Shown piece after piece: positions 49,556-59,554 of a stretch of 60,256 bases of DNA. The notes beneath the pieces are model-generated. The model did no database searches, had not been told where the DNA came from, and saw only the letters and a program-made list of their open reading frames with translations. The DNA is from Clostridia bacterium. GTDB taxonomy: Bacteria > Bacillota > Clostridia > Christensenellales > QALW01. Numbering within the stretch: position 1 is the first letter of the stretch; each line of letters opens with the position of its first letter. Where the stretch lies: the NCBI GenBank assembly GCA_045630945.1, contig JAZQTV010000046.1:1-60256 (forward strand), given 5' to 3'. A program made the position numbers and the translations under genes.

Positions 49556-50362
49556 ATGCTTAAATCGTATTTTCCTATATTAACTGAACAAACGAAAAAG
49601 CTTCCCTTATATATTACAACACTCGGCTCTGATTCCTTTCAGAAAAGATGTTGCCGCGAAAACGGATTTTTTTCAAATCATATTATCATAGTAACAAAGG
49701 GTCACGGGATAGTTGAATGCCAAGGAAGAAAAGAATACCTTTCTGAAGGTGATATGTTTTTTATAAAAAAATTTACCCCGCACAGTTATTATGCATCAGG
49801 AAACGTATTTTCAACTATTTGGGTTACATTCAACGGTAATGGTACAGATGATATACTTTCGTATTTTAATATAAATTCATTTCACATTATAAAAAATGCC
49901 GACTATATATCAATAGTCGAAAAATTCAATTATCTTGCGCAAAAGACGTTTCAAGATAAAAGCAGCGCAGAACTTTCAGCATATTTATATAGCTTTATTG
50001 TAAGCTTTTTCTCGCAAAAAATCAAAATCAACATAAAAACTCAGTTAGAAAAAAGCATAAAATATATTAACGAAAATTATAGCAAGTGCATAACTCTTGA
50101 CGAATTAGCTGAAATTGCTGATATGAATAAATACATATATTGCCGAGAATTCAAAGCAACATATTCAATAACTGCATTTGAATTCGTTATTCACGAAAGA
50201 ATACGTCAATCAAAGAAGATTTTAATGGAAACATCTAAAAAAATAAGTGAAATAGCATTATCAACAGGCTTTAACGATACAGGATATTTTTGCAGATCGT
50301 TTAAAAAAATTGAAGGCATATCACCTACCGAATTTAGAAATACATTTAATACCGCAAAATAA
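49556..50362 (+). CDS. AraC-family transcriptional regulator
   Basis: Cupin N-terminus (TKGHG, PHSY, WVTF); C-terminal ITLDELAEIA, ISEIALSTGFNDTGYFCRSFKKIEGISPTEFR. Confidence 0.92.
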   Translation: MLKSYFPILTEQTKKLPLYITTLGSDSFQKRCCRENGFFSNHIIIVTKGHGIVECQGRKEYLSEGDMFFIKKFTPHSYYASGNVFSTIWVTFNGNGTDDILSYFNINSFHIIKNADYISIVEKFNYLAQKTFQDKSSAELSAYLYSFIVSFFSQKIKINIKTQLEKSIKYINENYSKCITLDELAEIADMNKYIYCREFKATYSITAFEFVIHERIRQSKKILMETSKKISEIALSTGFNDTGYFCRSFKKIEGISPTEFRNTFNTAK

Positions 50363-50385
50363 AAAATGGATAGAAATATCCATTT

Positions 50386-51015
50386 TTATTTTATTCTTCC
50401 GTTTTCCATCTGTGTGATACTATCACACAATATTTCTATATCCTGCGTATTGTGGCTTGTAATTAAAATTGTCTTGCCTTTTTCTTTTAGTTCGATAAGT
50501 AATTTTCTGACTATCTCTACCCCATTATGATCAAGCGCATTCATTGGCTCATCCAGAATCAAAACATCAGGGTTCTCCATAATAGCCTGCGCTATACCTA
50601 GCCTTTGCCGCATACCTAATGAATATTTCCCAACCTGTTTATCTTTTGCTTCCGTTAAGCCTAATACCTCAAGTGCGTTAAGTATTTCGCTTTTTGAAGC
50701 CATTTTTCTAATCGATGCCAAATATTCAAGATTTTTGTATCCTGAAAAATACGGTATAAATCCCGGTGTTTCAATTATCAGACCTATATTTTGCGGAAAA
50801 TCAACATCTTTACCGATTACCTTATCCTGCACTTTAATTGTTCCTTTTTGCGGATGAGCAAATCCGCATATACACTTCATAAGCATAGTCTTTCCCGAAC
50901 CGTTTTCCCCTACTAGCCCGTGTATTTTTCCTTCTTCAATTTCCAATGAAACGTTATCAATTATACACTTCTTTTTTATAGTTAACGAAACATCTTTAAC
51001 CTCAATTATTGACAT
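50386..51015 (-). CDS. ABC transporter ATP-binding protein
   Basis: GENGSGKT, YSLGMRQRLGIAQA, LILDEPMNALD, TSH. Confidence 0.93.
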   Translation of the reverse strand: MSIIEVKDVSLTIKKKCIIDNVSLEIEEGKIHGLVGENGSGKTMLMKCICGFAHPQKGTIKVQDKVIGKDVDFPQNIGLIIETPGFIPYFSGYKNLEYLASIRKMASKSEILNALEVLGLTEAKDKQVGKYSLGMRQRLGIAQAIMENPDVLILDEPMNALDHNGVEIVRKLLIELKEKGKTILITSHNTQDIEILCDSITQMENGRIK

Positions 51016-51026
51016 AAAAATTCTCC

Positions 51027-51692
51027 TTATAATATGTATTTCTTTTTATAAATTATTGGTACCGATATAAAACACACAAAACTCAAAAGTATTTGTGCCG
51101 TAGTAATTACGGTAATATCAAAGCCACGTTCCAACTTGAAGTTGCTTCTTACAAGCATTCCCCACGCACCAATATTAAATTTTGTATCAACAAAAACAAT
51201 TGAAATTAAAATAATAACCAGTACCGCACAAACACTTAAATTAACACTCTTTTTTACAGAAAATATCAGCCATTGAACGGATGCAATAAATATTATGTTA
51301 AAAAATAAAAGCATTATAGATATAACAACGTCAACAAATTCTCCACTAAATATTATTGCAATTAAACCGTAAAGCAAACAATATAAAATCACCGCGAAAA
51401 TCATTGTTATGTAATAACAAACAAAATGATACAAATAATTTTTAGTTCTATATGCAGAAAATATGAATGTCTCTTCCTTTGACCCCAAATATACACCGCT
51501 CATAAAAAAGAATGGAAATACAGTTGCAATCCACGGAATTGCCGTATATACTTCAAACCCGTTTTTTATTCCGTATAAAACGTTGGGAAAGTCAGCAGCG
51601 CAATAACTTACGTTTATAAAAAAACACGAAAACAGAACGCATAGCATCTTGCAATTAAAAAACAATTTAACGTTATATAAAAAATATTTCAT
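51027..51692 (-). CDS. Membrane protein, putative ABC permease
   Basis: About 6 TM; in an operon with the ATPase. Confidence 0.72.
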   Translation of the reverse strand: MKYFLYNVKLFFNCKMLCVLFSCFFINVSYCAADFPNVLYGIKNGFEVYTAIPWIATVFPFFFMSGVYLGSKEETFIFSAYRTKNYLYHFVCYYITMIFAVILYCLLYGLIAIIFSGEFVDVVISIMLLFFNIIFIASVQWLIFSVKKSVNLSVCAVLVIILISIVFVDTKFNIGAWGMLVRSNFKLERGFDITVITTAQILLSFVCFISVPIIYKKKYIL

Positions 51693-52543
51693 TTTGATTC
51701 ACCAAACTCAAATCTATATTTCCTTAAAATAAAATACCCTATTACGCAAAGCAATACAATTACAACTAAACAATAGATGCACGCCTCCCATACGTAAGGT
51801 GCAGATGACACGTTCTTAGAAATTCCAAAATGAGTAAGTTCATATAACGAGGTATTTATAAACGGAAATGCTCTTGCTATTTTAGGATAAAACAAAGTAA
51901 GCATATAACCCGAAATTTCACACACCATAACGACTGCAACACCCAACGTTTTTTTAAAAAGACAATTCAATATCATCAGCACACACGAAATTATCAAAAA
52001 ATGCAGTAATCTTAGCACAAACGCACATAGCAATGCTTCAATTGGTGAGTATAACGTTATTATCGTTGAAAAAGTAGGAAGAAATCCAAGCCGAGGCGCA
52101 CCGCCATTTGCTATAATGCGTACCACATCACTCCACACTTCGTTTGAAAAATAACCGTATTTAGCACAAACTAATAAGCTTACTGAAATAGGTATAGTCA
52201 ACAGCAAAACAGAAAGCACAAACGCAAAAGATATTAAATTAAAATACCATTTTTTATACCCTGCACGATAAATATAATACGGCAGAATTCCATCTGCAAA
52301 CGGAACGTCACAATAAAAAAAAATAAAACACAAAACAAAAACAAACGAAGGAAATGAGCTATTTGATAACAAATATACCGTCGGTTCAATTACATTCACA
52401 AGATTAGACGTTGCTTTTGATAACGTAATATAATCATTAACGTAAAGATAACTCCAAATAAGCATTAACGTTGCCGCAATAAGCACCTTTATATTAATTA
52501 AATTTTTTGATATAAAAAAGAAACGGTTTCTGACTGAAAACAT
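51689..52543 (-). CDS. Membrane protein, putative ABC permease
   Basis: About 6 TM; DVPF...YYIYRAGYKKW loop; overlaps the next gene by 4 nt. Confidence 0.75.
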   Translation of the reverse strand: MFSVRNRFFFISKNLINIKVLIAATLMLIWSYLYVNDYITLSKATSNLVNVIEPTVYLLSNSSFPSFVFVLCFIFFYCDVPFADGILPYYIYRAGYKKWYFNLISFAFVLSVLLLTIPISVSLLVCAKYGYFSNEVWSDVVRIIANGGAPRLGFLPTFSTIITLYSPIEALLCAFVLRLLHFLIISCVLMILNCLFKKTLGVAVVMVCEISGYMLTLFYPKIARAFPFINTSLYELTHFGISKNVSSAPYVWEACIYCLVVIVLLCVIGYFILRKYRFEFGESK

Positions 52544-52550
52544 ATTACCC

Positions 52551-53348
52551 TCACGAACACTTTTTAATTCTTAAAAAAAACCAAATAAACAGTAAAAACT
52601 GCCACGCAAGCACAAGAAATAAAGTTGCAAAAAATGATATATATGGGCTTTCAAAAAGACCGTATGCCCCGTAATAAACGTTTGACAAAACAAGAAAACG
52701 GGAAAATTGCGGAATTAAATTGACTGTTCTTCCGCTTATTTGCCAAAGCATAAAAAACATTACGAATGGCATTACTACCGAAACGTATCGATTTTTTATA
52801 TACGTAGATGAAATCATTCCAAAAATCGGCCACATACTTGCAAATAAGCTTATAAAAAAGACGTATATTAAAATATATAAATATATATTCACATCAAGTA
52901 AAGTGCCGTATATTCTGCCATTTTTTAAGGTTTCATACAACTGTACGTATTCGATATCATTTATGTCGATTGGCTTAGAAATGCAAAGCGCGAGCACAAC
53001 ACCCAAGACTATACCGGAAAATACCGCTAAAAATGCAGAAAGCGATACTGAAAGCACTTTATTTACTGCATATTTTCTATAACCACACCTACTTAATGAG
53101 AAACGAAAATAATTGCTGTTATATTCATCAATAAACCTATATGCGTACGGTAAGCACGCAATAAACGGAATAAAAACAAAGAGTGGCGAAAGCTGCATGC
53201 TTATATTAAATATGTATAGAACGTCATATTTTTTATAAAAATCAGCGTAATCTTCATCTGCAAAGGCAAGAAAAAAGACAATTAACGTTATTACAACAGC
53301 AAAAATAAAATTGATTGAAAATACTGCGTTTTTAAATTCTTTTTTCAT
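52551..53348 (-). CDS. Membrane protein, putative ABC permease
   Basis: About 6 TM; LPYAYRFIDEYNSNY...RCGYRKY loop. Confidence 0.75.
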   Translation of the reverse strand: MKKEFKNAVFSINFIFAVVITLIVFFLAFADEDYADFYKKYDVLYIFNISMQLSPLFVFIPFIACLPYAYRFIDEYNSNYFRFSLSRCGYRKYAVNKVLSVSLSAFLAVFSGIVLGVVLALCISKPIDINDIEYVQLYETLKNGRIYGTLLDVNIYLYILIYVFFISLFASMWPIFGMISSTYIKNRYVSVVMPFVMFFMLWQISGRTVNLIPQFSRFLVLSNVYYGAYGLFESPYISFFATLFLVLAWQFLLFIWFFLRIKKCS

Positions 53349-53357
53349 ATTACACCA

Positions 53358-54473
53358 TTATAAGCTTAAGCTTGTGGTAATAATCTCACCGTTTATCGCG
53401 TTTATTACCGTATTTCGTTCAGTTCCCTTTTCAGTATAAGCGGTGAGCTTCCAACATGGAACGTAAATAGCCTCATTTACATCAAAATTATCTTTAGAAA
53501 TAAAATCCTTAGCGTATATCATTTCAATTTTAGAAATTTCATAAGTTTCTAACGTTCCATATTTATACGTTAAATCTTTATTTGTTTTAAATTGTGCAAA
53601 ATTATTCATACTATACAGCAAAACCTCCGAAGAAAACTTGTACAAAAGCTCTTCAAATCCCATAATATCAACCTGTTCATATCTTTTAAGCCGTTCAAAA
53701 TTCCACGATATCTCCGAAACACCGTATAAATCAATATAAACACAAACCGTATTTCCGCCACGCAATGAAATATAGTTGTTATACCCTTCCTCATCCTTAC
53801 CAACAACAACCTTTTTACCATAACCGCTGAATGTAACTCCGTCATATTCTGCCGCCATATTAAAGACGTAATAATTATTTTTTGTATATTTGCCGTATCG
53901 TCGTATCGAAGTGACTTTAAAATCATCTATTCCTAAAATTGCGCTTGCGGTATTTAGTGCAAGTTCTTTAACCTTGTCAAGTTCCATATTAAACTCAAAG
54001 ACATCATTTTTTTCGTATTCGTTGTCAGTTTTTTCTTCCGAAGCAAACTGCTGTCTTATAATTATTTTACCGCTTCCCTCACTAACGTTAAAAAGCATTT
54101 CGTCTTTCACAAACTTTGTGTCAGCCTTTATACAACCATCAGAATCAGCATACATCTCAATATCATCAAGTGTAGAAAAAACAGAAGCAATTCCATCGTA
54201 TTTAGGTAAAAAAGCTTCCCCAGTCATCTTATATGTATAAAAACTCTCTCTATTATAGCTTGCCACATCAGCATTAATTTTTATTTCAGAATCATAATAT
54301 TTTACCGATGCAACCAATTTTTGGGGAAAATCATTCTTAATTTCAGGCTCGAAAAGTATAATATTGTTTTCATTATTTTTTACATCATTATTTGTGTATT
54401 CATTGGGCACAGGGTTACAGCCGTTAAGTAATAGCGCAAAAACAACCACAATTATTAAGTATATTTTTTTCAT
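53358..54473 (-). CDS. Lipoprotein of unknown function heading the ABC cassette
   Basis: ATG at 54473 after GGAGG; signal MKKIYLIIVVVFALLLNGC; C-terminal VPCW...INAINGEI. Confidence 0.78.
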   Translation of the reverse strand: MKKIYLIIVVVFALLLNGCNPVPNEYTNNDVKNNENNIILFEPEIKNDFPQKLVASVKYYDSEIKINADVASYNRESFYTYKMTGEAFLPKYDGIASVFSTLDDIEMYADSDGCIKADTKFVKDEMLFNVSEGSGKIIIRQQFASEEKTDNEYEKNDVFEFNMELDKVKELALNTASAILGIDDFKVTSIRRYGKYTKNNYYVFNMAAEYDGVTFSGYGKKVVVGKDEEGYNNYISLRGGNTVCVYIDLYGVSEISWNFERLKRYEQVDIMGFEELLYKFSSEVLLYSMNNFAQFKTNKDLTYKYGTLETYEISKIEMIYAKDFISKDNFDVNEAIYVPCWKLTAYTEKGTERNTVINAINGEIITTSLSL

Positions 54474-54492
54474 ACTACCTCCAAATAAAAAA

Positions 54493-54542
54493 AGTGATAT
54501 TATTTTCAAAAAAATAATATCACTAAAAAAATCACATTGCAA
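54493..54542 (-). promoter_or_regulatory. Promoter with an overlapping 14-bp inverted repeat (operator and/or copA terminator)
   Basis: Minus strand TTGCAA-17 nt-TATTAT with extended TG; AGTGATATTATTTT-N4-AAAATAATATCACT at 54493-54524. Confidence 0.55.
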
Positions 54543-54586
54543 GTATGTGGCTTTATCTTGCACAATATTGTCCTTAATCTGTAATT

Positions 54587-54787
54587 TTATTTTATACTGT
54601 AACCTTCAGCTTCGATTTTCTCTTTTATAACAGAATCAAAAAGCTCACTGTTCAACATCAAAACTGCAGTTCCTTTTTTATGGCTGACAACAGCTTCATC
54701 AACCTGAGCAAAGCTTTCAAGCGCCTTCTTTACACGTGCCTCGCAATGTTTGCACATCATACCGTCGATTTTAATAACCTTTTTCAT
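54587..54787 (-). CDS. Putative nested in-frame CopZ-like copper chaperone (66 aa) from an internal start
   Basis: AAGGAG (54799-54794), 6-nt spacer, ATG at 54787 exactly at the start of the HMA domain [15 protein letters not shown]. Confidence 0.5.
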   Translation of the reverse strand: MKKVIKIDGMMCKHCEARVKKALESFAQVDEAVVSHKKGTAVLMLNSELFDSVIKEKIEAEGYSIK

Positions 54788-56983
54788 ATTATTCTCCTTT
54801 TTATTATCGTTCTTAAATTTTATAAAATTTAATCTCAGTGCATTGAACACAACACATACGCTTGACACGCTCATTGCCGCGGCGCCAAACATAGGCTCTA
54901 ATTGCCATCCAAGCGTTTTAAAAAACACACCTGCAGCAAGCGGAATACCTATGCAATTATATATAAACGCCCAGAAAAGATTTTCTTTTATGTTTAACAA
55001 AACTTTTTTGCCAAGCCTAATGGCGTTTACCGCTTCAAATAAGCTTCCGCGCATTAAAACTACGTCCGCAGAATCAATTGCAACATCAGTTCCCGTGCCA
55101 ATAGCAATGCCAAGATCAGCCGCAGTTAACGCAGGTGCATCATTAACACCGTCACCAATCATCGCAACTAATCCATTACGCTTAAGCATATTTATTAAAT
55201 TGACCTTTTCGTCAGGAAGAACGTTTGCAGTAACGTTTAAAATACCAACCTTATCAGCAATTGCCTTTGCAGTAATCTCGTTATCACCGGTCAACATATA
55301 AACGTCGATGCCCATTTTTTTAAAACGACTAATTGCATCTATACTATCTTCTTTAACCGTGTCTGCAACCGCAATAATGCCTATAAATACATTATCCTTG
55401 CTGAAAAATAACGGTGTTTTACCCTCTAAAGAATAACGTTTTGCAATATTTTTATATTCTTCCTCAACAACGCATTGCATAAATGAAATATTACCGCCAC
55501 GAATTTCATACCCGTTAATATTACCGCTTATACCGTTGCCTGTATACGATTTAAAATCACTAACATTAAAAATCTCAATATTATTTTGACTTGAATAATC
55601 AGTTATCGCTTTAGCAATAGGATGCTCACTCATCCGTTCCAATGATGCTGCATAATTTAAAAGAGCATCATCAACGCAAAAGAAATCCGTAACTGACGGA
55701 CTGCCGTTAGTGATAGTGCCTGTTTTATCAAGAACAATCGTTTTAATTTTTCCTGCACATTCTAATGACGCCGCGTTTTTAAAAAGTATACCGTTTTGGG
55801 CGCCGATACCGCTACCAACCATAATTGCAACAGGTGTAGCAAGCCCAAGTGCACACGGACAGCTTATAACGAGCACGGAAATAGATTTTTCGAACACAAA
55901 TGTAGCATCGGCACCTAAAACAACCCATACAATTGCAGTAATTAATGAAATAGCAAAAACCACAGGAACAAAAATTCCCGCAACCTTATCGGCAACCTTT
56001 GCAATTGGCGCCTTACTTTGAGAGGCTTCTAATACAGTATTTATAATTTTAGAAAGAATCGTTTCCTCGCCAACACTTACCGCTTTACACTTTACGTAAC
56101 CGCTTTTTATAACAGTTGCACCATAGACCTTATCGCCTATATCTTTGTCAACAGGAATACTTTCCCCCGTGAGCATTGATTCATCAACCGAACAATTACC
56201 TTCAATAATAACGCCGTCAACCGAAAAGCTTTCTCCGTTTTTTACAATAAAAATATCATCAACCTTGATATCGTCCACGGAAACAATTATTTCTTTGTCA
56301 CCTCTTACAACCGTAGCCGTCTGCGGTTTTAAAGAAACTAACGAATTTATTGCATTGGTTGTCTTTCCTTTTGAATAATTTTCAAGCATTTTTCCAAATG
56401 AAATAAGCACAAGAATCATTGCAGCAGAATCAAAATACAATCCCTCTGCATATCCTGATGATAAAAGCGCTTCAAAAAGCAAATAAAGGCTATAAATAAA
56501 TGACGTACCCGAACCGACGCAAACAAGTGTATCCATATTGGGTGAGCATTTAAAAAGGCTTTTAATGCCGTTTTTAAAAAAGTTACAATAAAAAACTATA
56601 ACGGTAAGTGAAAGCATGCATTGTATCGAATAATTAATTATTGGCTCTTTCATTAACGTATACTTATGCGGCACGTTAAACATATGTGTTCCCATAGAAA
56701 AGAACATAAGAATTGCTACAACAACAAAGGCAATAACAAGCCTGATTGCGTCTTTCTTTATCCCATTATTAACAACTTGTGATTTATCAAATATTTGTGC
56801 GCCGTATCCTGCGTTTTTTACAGCAAGAATAACTTCCTCTGTCGGTATTTTTCCATCAACAACCATAGAATTTGTTAGTAAATTAACCGCACAATATTCA
56901 ACACCGTTCAATGAATTGACCGCATTTTCAACACGATTGCTGCAAGCGGCACAAGTCATTCCTGTAATTTTGTATTTAGTCAT
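54587..56983 (-). CDS. copA: Cu(I)-translocating P1B-type ATPase with N- and C-terminal HMA domains
   Basis: [39 protein letters not shown]; C-terminal GMMCKHC. Confidence 0.95.
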   Translation of the reverse strand: MTKYKITGMTCAACSNRVENAVNSLNGVEYCAVNLLTNSMVVDGKIPTEEVILAVKNAGYGAQIFDKSQVVNNGIKKDAIRLVIAFVVVAILMFFSMGTHMFNVPHKYTLMKEPIINYSIQCMLSLTVIVFYCNFFKNGIKSLFKCSPNMDTLVCVGSGTSFIYSLYLLFEALLSSGYAEGLYFDSAAMILVLISFGKMLENYSKGKTTNAINSLVSLKPQTATVVRGDKEIIVSVDDIKVDDIFIVKNGESFSVDGVIIEGNCSVDESMLTGESIPVDKDIGDKVYGATVIKSGYVKCKAVSVGEETILSKIINTVLEASQSKAPIAKVADKVAGIFVPVVFAISLITAIVWVVLGADATFVFEKSISVLVISCPCALGLATPVAIMVGSGIGAQNGILFKNAASLECAGKIKTIVLDKTGTITNGSPSVTDFFCVDDALLNYAASLERMSEHPIAKAITDYSSQNNIEIFNVSDFKSYTGNGISGNINGYEIRGGNISFMQCVVEEEYKNIAKRYSLEGKTPLFFSKDNVFIGIIAVADTVKEDSIDAISRFKKMGIDVYMLTGDNEITAKAIADKVGILNVTANVLPDEKVNLINMLKRNGLVAMIGDGVNDAPALTAADLGIAIGTGTDVAIDSADVVLMRGSLFEAVNAIRLGKKVLLNIKENLFWAFIYNCIGIPLAAGVFFKTLGWQLEPMFGAAAMSVSSVCVVFNALRLNFIKFKNDNKKENNMKKVIKIDGMMCKHCEARVKKALESFAQVDEAVVSHKKGTAVLMLNSELFDSVIKEKIEAEGYSIK

Positions 56984-57045
56984 AAACCTTCTACCTAAAA
57001 ATAATTCTCAATATAATTTTATATCTCATTATGTTAAGAGTCAAG

Positions 57046-57073
57046 AAAAAAATCCTCATAAGAGGATTTTTTA
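57046..57073 (-). terminator. Rho-independent terminator
   Basis: AAAAAATCCTC-ATAA-GAGGATTTTTT. Confidence 0.7.
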
Positions 57074-57292
57074 TATAATAGCATCTTCAATTATATTATC
57101 AATGTGTATTTCATCAACGTCATTTTCGTTTATAATTCTTTTTAACTTTTCTGCAAGTGCAAGCTCAGTAAATATATCCTCAACAGTCTTAAACGGTGTC
57201 CGCTCACCTTCACGATAAAAGGTTAACCCATATACCTCAGCATTTTTATTTTCAATACTAATCACAGTTTTTACTATTTCGCACTTAATCAT
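57071..57292 (-). CDS. Small hypothetical protein, DUF6514-like
   Basis: VYGL...VEDIF...AEKL...ENDVDEIHIDNIIED; own promoter TTGACA-17 nt-TAAAAT upstream. Confidence 0.65.
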   Translation of the reverse strand: MIKCEIVKTVISIENKNAEVYGLTFYREGERTPFKTVEDIFTELALAEKLKRIINENDVDEIHIDNIIEDAII

Positions 57293-57417
57293 AATATCAA
57301 TCCATTCGTTTGTATTGTTGGTAATATTTTACATCCCTGTGCGAAAATTGTCAACATATTTCTGTAATTTTCTGTAAAAAAATAATCATTTTGTAAAAAA
57401 TGATTATTTTTATAATA

Positions 57418-58473
57418 TTATGTATTACTAATTTTATAAATTTCGCTTATTAAAAGTTTTTTCATCTCGCCAAGTTCACCACTTGCAAGCATTTTTCCAT
57501 CCTTAAAAACAACTGCTTTATCGCCATTGCCGCCTCCACCTGCAAGACCTATATCAGCATCCTTTGCTTCTCCGGGCCCATTAACAACACACCCCATAAC
57601 TGCGGCTTTAATAGGCTTTTTAATCTCACGCGTGGCTTCCTTAACCTCCGAAACAATAGCTTCAAGCGGTATTTTGGTTCTTGCGCACATCGGACAAGAT
57701 ATAATTTCAACGCCTTCGTTATACATCCCAATGCTTCTTAAAATATTTTGTGCCGCATAGACTTCGTTTACAGGATCACCCGTAAGCGAAACACGGATTG
57801 TATCACCTATTCCTTCTAACAAAAGCGCACCAATTCCTATTGCATTCTTAACAACACCGATATCCTGTGTACCCGCTTCAGTAACACCTAAATGCAAGGG
57901 ATAATCGCATTTTTGCGCAAGAAGTCTATATGCTGAAATCATTTTTCTTACGTTAGAAGACTTAACCGAAATACAAATATCATAAAAGCTTGTTTCTTCA
58001 AGCAAACGAACGTTTTCCATTGCACTTTCAACAAGCGCTTCCGCAGAATTCTCTCCAAATTTTTCCCGTACCGCTTGCGACAAGCTTCCCCCATTAACAC
58101 CAATACGAATAGGCACACCGTGTACTTTACAGCAATCAGCAAGCATTTTTATATTCTTTTTGTCAGTTATATTTCCGGGATTAATCCTAAGCTTGTCAGC
58201 ACCGTTTTCTACCGCTGCAATCGCTAATCTATAATCGAAATGAACGTCGGCAACAAGCGGTATACTTATGTGCTCTTTTATGCCTTTAAATGCTTTGGCG
58301 GCATTCATATCATATACCGAAGCTCGAACAATATCACAACCTGCTTTTTGAAGCTTTAAAATCTGCTCAGTAACTGTCTGAACATCAGCTGTGTCGGCGG
58401 TTGTCATTGATTGAATTGCAATTTTATTTCCATCACCGATATAAATATCGCTTATTTTTATTTTTTTACTCAT
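57418..58473 (-). CDS. ispG: 4-hydroxy-3-methylbut-2-en-1-yl diphosphate synthase
   Basis: IQSMT, PLVADVHF, RINPGN, RIGVNGGSL, PLHLGVTEAG, GDTIRVSL, SCPMCAR, MGCVVNGPGE. Confidence 0.97.
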   Translation of the reverse strand: MSKKIKISDIYIGDGNKIAIQSMTTADTADVQTVTEQILKLQKAGCDIVRASVYDMNAAKAFKGIKEHISIPLVADVHFDYRLAIAAVENGADKLRINPGNITDKKNIKMLADCCKVHGVPIRIGVNGGSLSQAVREKFGENSAEALVESAMENVRLLEETSFYDICISVKSSNVRKMISAYRLLAQKCDYPLHLGVTEAGTQDIGVVKNAIGIGALLLEGIGDTIRVSLTGDPVNEVYAAQNILRSIGMYNEGVEIISCPMCARTKIPLEAIVSEVKEATREIKKPIKAAVMGCVVNGPGEAKDADIGLAGGGGNGDKAVVFKDGKMLASGELGEMKKLLISEIYKISNT

Positions 58474-58478
58474 CTATT

Positions 58479-59552
58479 TCACCCTACAAATAATCGCGAA
58501 ACCTCAAGCACAATCATCAAACCAACAAGAAGAATCAACCCTACGGAATTAATAATTCCTTCGATTTTGCGCGGAATCTTATATTTTGTAATTCCTTCAA
58601 TCAACGCAAAAAGCAATCTAAATCCATCAAGCGCAGGTATGGGCAAAAGATTCATTATGGCAAGATTCATACTGATAAGAACAAGCAGGTATATAATCAT
58701 AACTACCGCTTGCCTTATACGTTGCCCTACCGAAAGCTGTTGTGCAACCTCGCCTGTTGCAGAATCTTCAACGTAATCTCCAACTAAGCCTATGGTTGAA
58801 ATCGGCCCAGTAAGCTGATTTAAATCCACACCACCGGTAAATAGCTGGCCAAGTGTTTTATACATCATTTTTGTTATCAAAAGATTGTATCTGAACGAAT
58901 ACGATATTGATTCAAATACGTTTGGTTTGATAACTTCATAGCTGTAAGTAATGCCGATAAGATAATTATTACTTTCATTATCAAAATACCTAACGGCATC
59001 GTAGGATACCTTTTCTCCGTTACGCAAAACGGTAATTTCAAACCCATGTGTATTATCAATACAGTTTATTTTATCCTGAAAATCACTTACAGATATGATC
59101 TTTTTATCATTAATTGCATAAATTACGTCGCCTTCTTGTGCTACACCATATATGGAGGAACGTTCATCTATACGATTAAGCTTTGGCACGTCATATCCAA
59201 CAGAACATGTAAGAATAGCCGTAAGCAATAACGCAAACAGAATATTAAAGCCTGCACCTGCAAACATTACTACTGCGCGCTTATACCACGGCATATTATT
59301 CATTGCCTCGGGGTCATCTTCCCCTTCTTCATCTTCACCGTGGAAGGCAACAAAACCACCCATAGGTATAGCCCTTAATGAATACCTTATCCCCTTTTTT
59401 TCTTTGGAGATAATTTTGGGTCCCATACCGATGGAAAATTCATTAATTTTAAATCCAAGCAATCTTCCTGCTATAAAATGACCAAGCTCATGGACAAATA
59501 TGAGCAAGCCAAGCATTAAAATTGCAATAATAATAAAAGGAATACTTCCCAA
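58479..59552 (-). CDS. rseP: RIP metalloprotease (M50, PDZ)
   Basis: HELGH, FSIGMGP, NLLPIPALDG; dxr-rseP-ispG synteny. Confidence 0.93.
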   Translation of the reverse strand: MGSIPFIIIAILMLGLLIFVHELGHFIAGRLLGFKINEFSIGMGPKIISKEKKGIRYSLRAIPMGGFVAFHGEDEEGEDDPEAMNNMPWYKRAVVMFAGAGFNILFALLLTAILTCSVGYDVPKLNRIDERSSIYGVAQEGDVIYAINDKKIISVSDFQDKINCIDNTHGFEITVLRNGEKVSYDAVRYFDNESNNYLIGITYSYEVIKPNVFESISYSFRYNLLITKMMYKTLGQLFTGGVDLNQLTGPISTIGLVGDYVEDSATGEVAQQLSVGQRIRQAVVMIIYLLVLISMNLAIMNLLPIPALDGFRLLFALIEGITKYKIPRKIEGIINSVGLILLVGLMIVLEVSRLFVG

Positions 59553-59554
59553 GG

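Noticed and set aside
54750-55301. 183-aa antisense ORF, and similar ones such as 4420-4893, 5154-5720, 10527-10763 and 17748-18149
   Set aside because: Shadow frames opposite well-conserved genes, with no recognisable motifs
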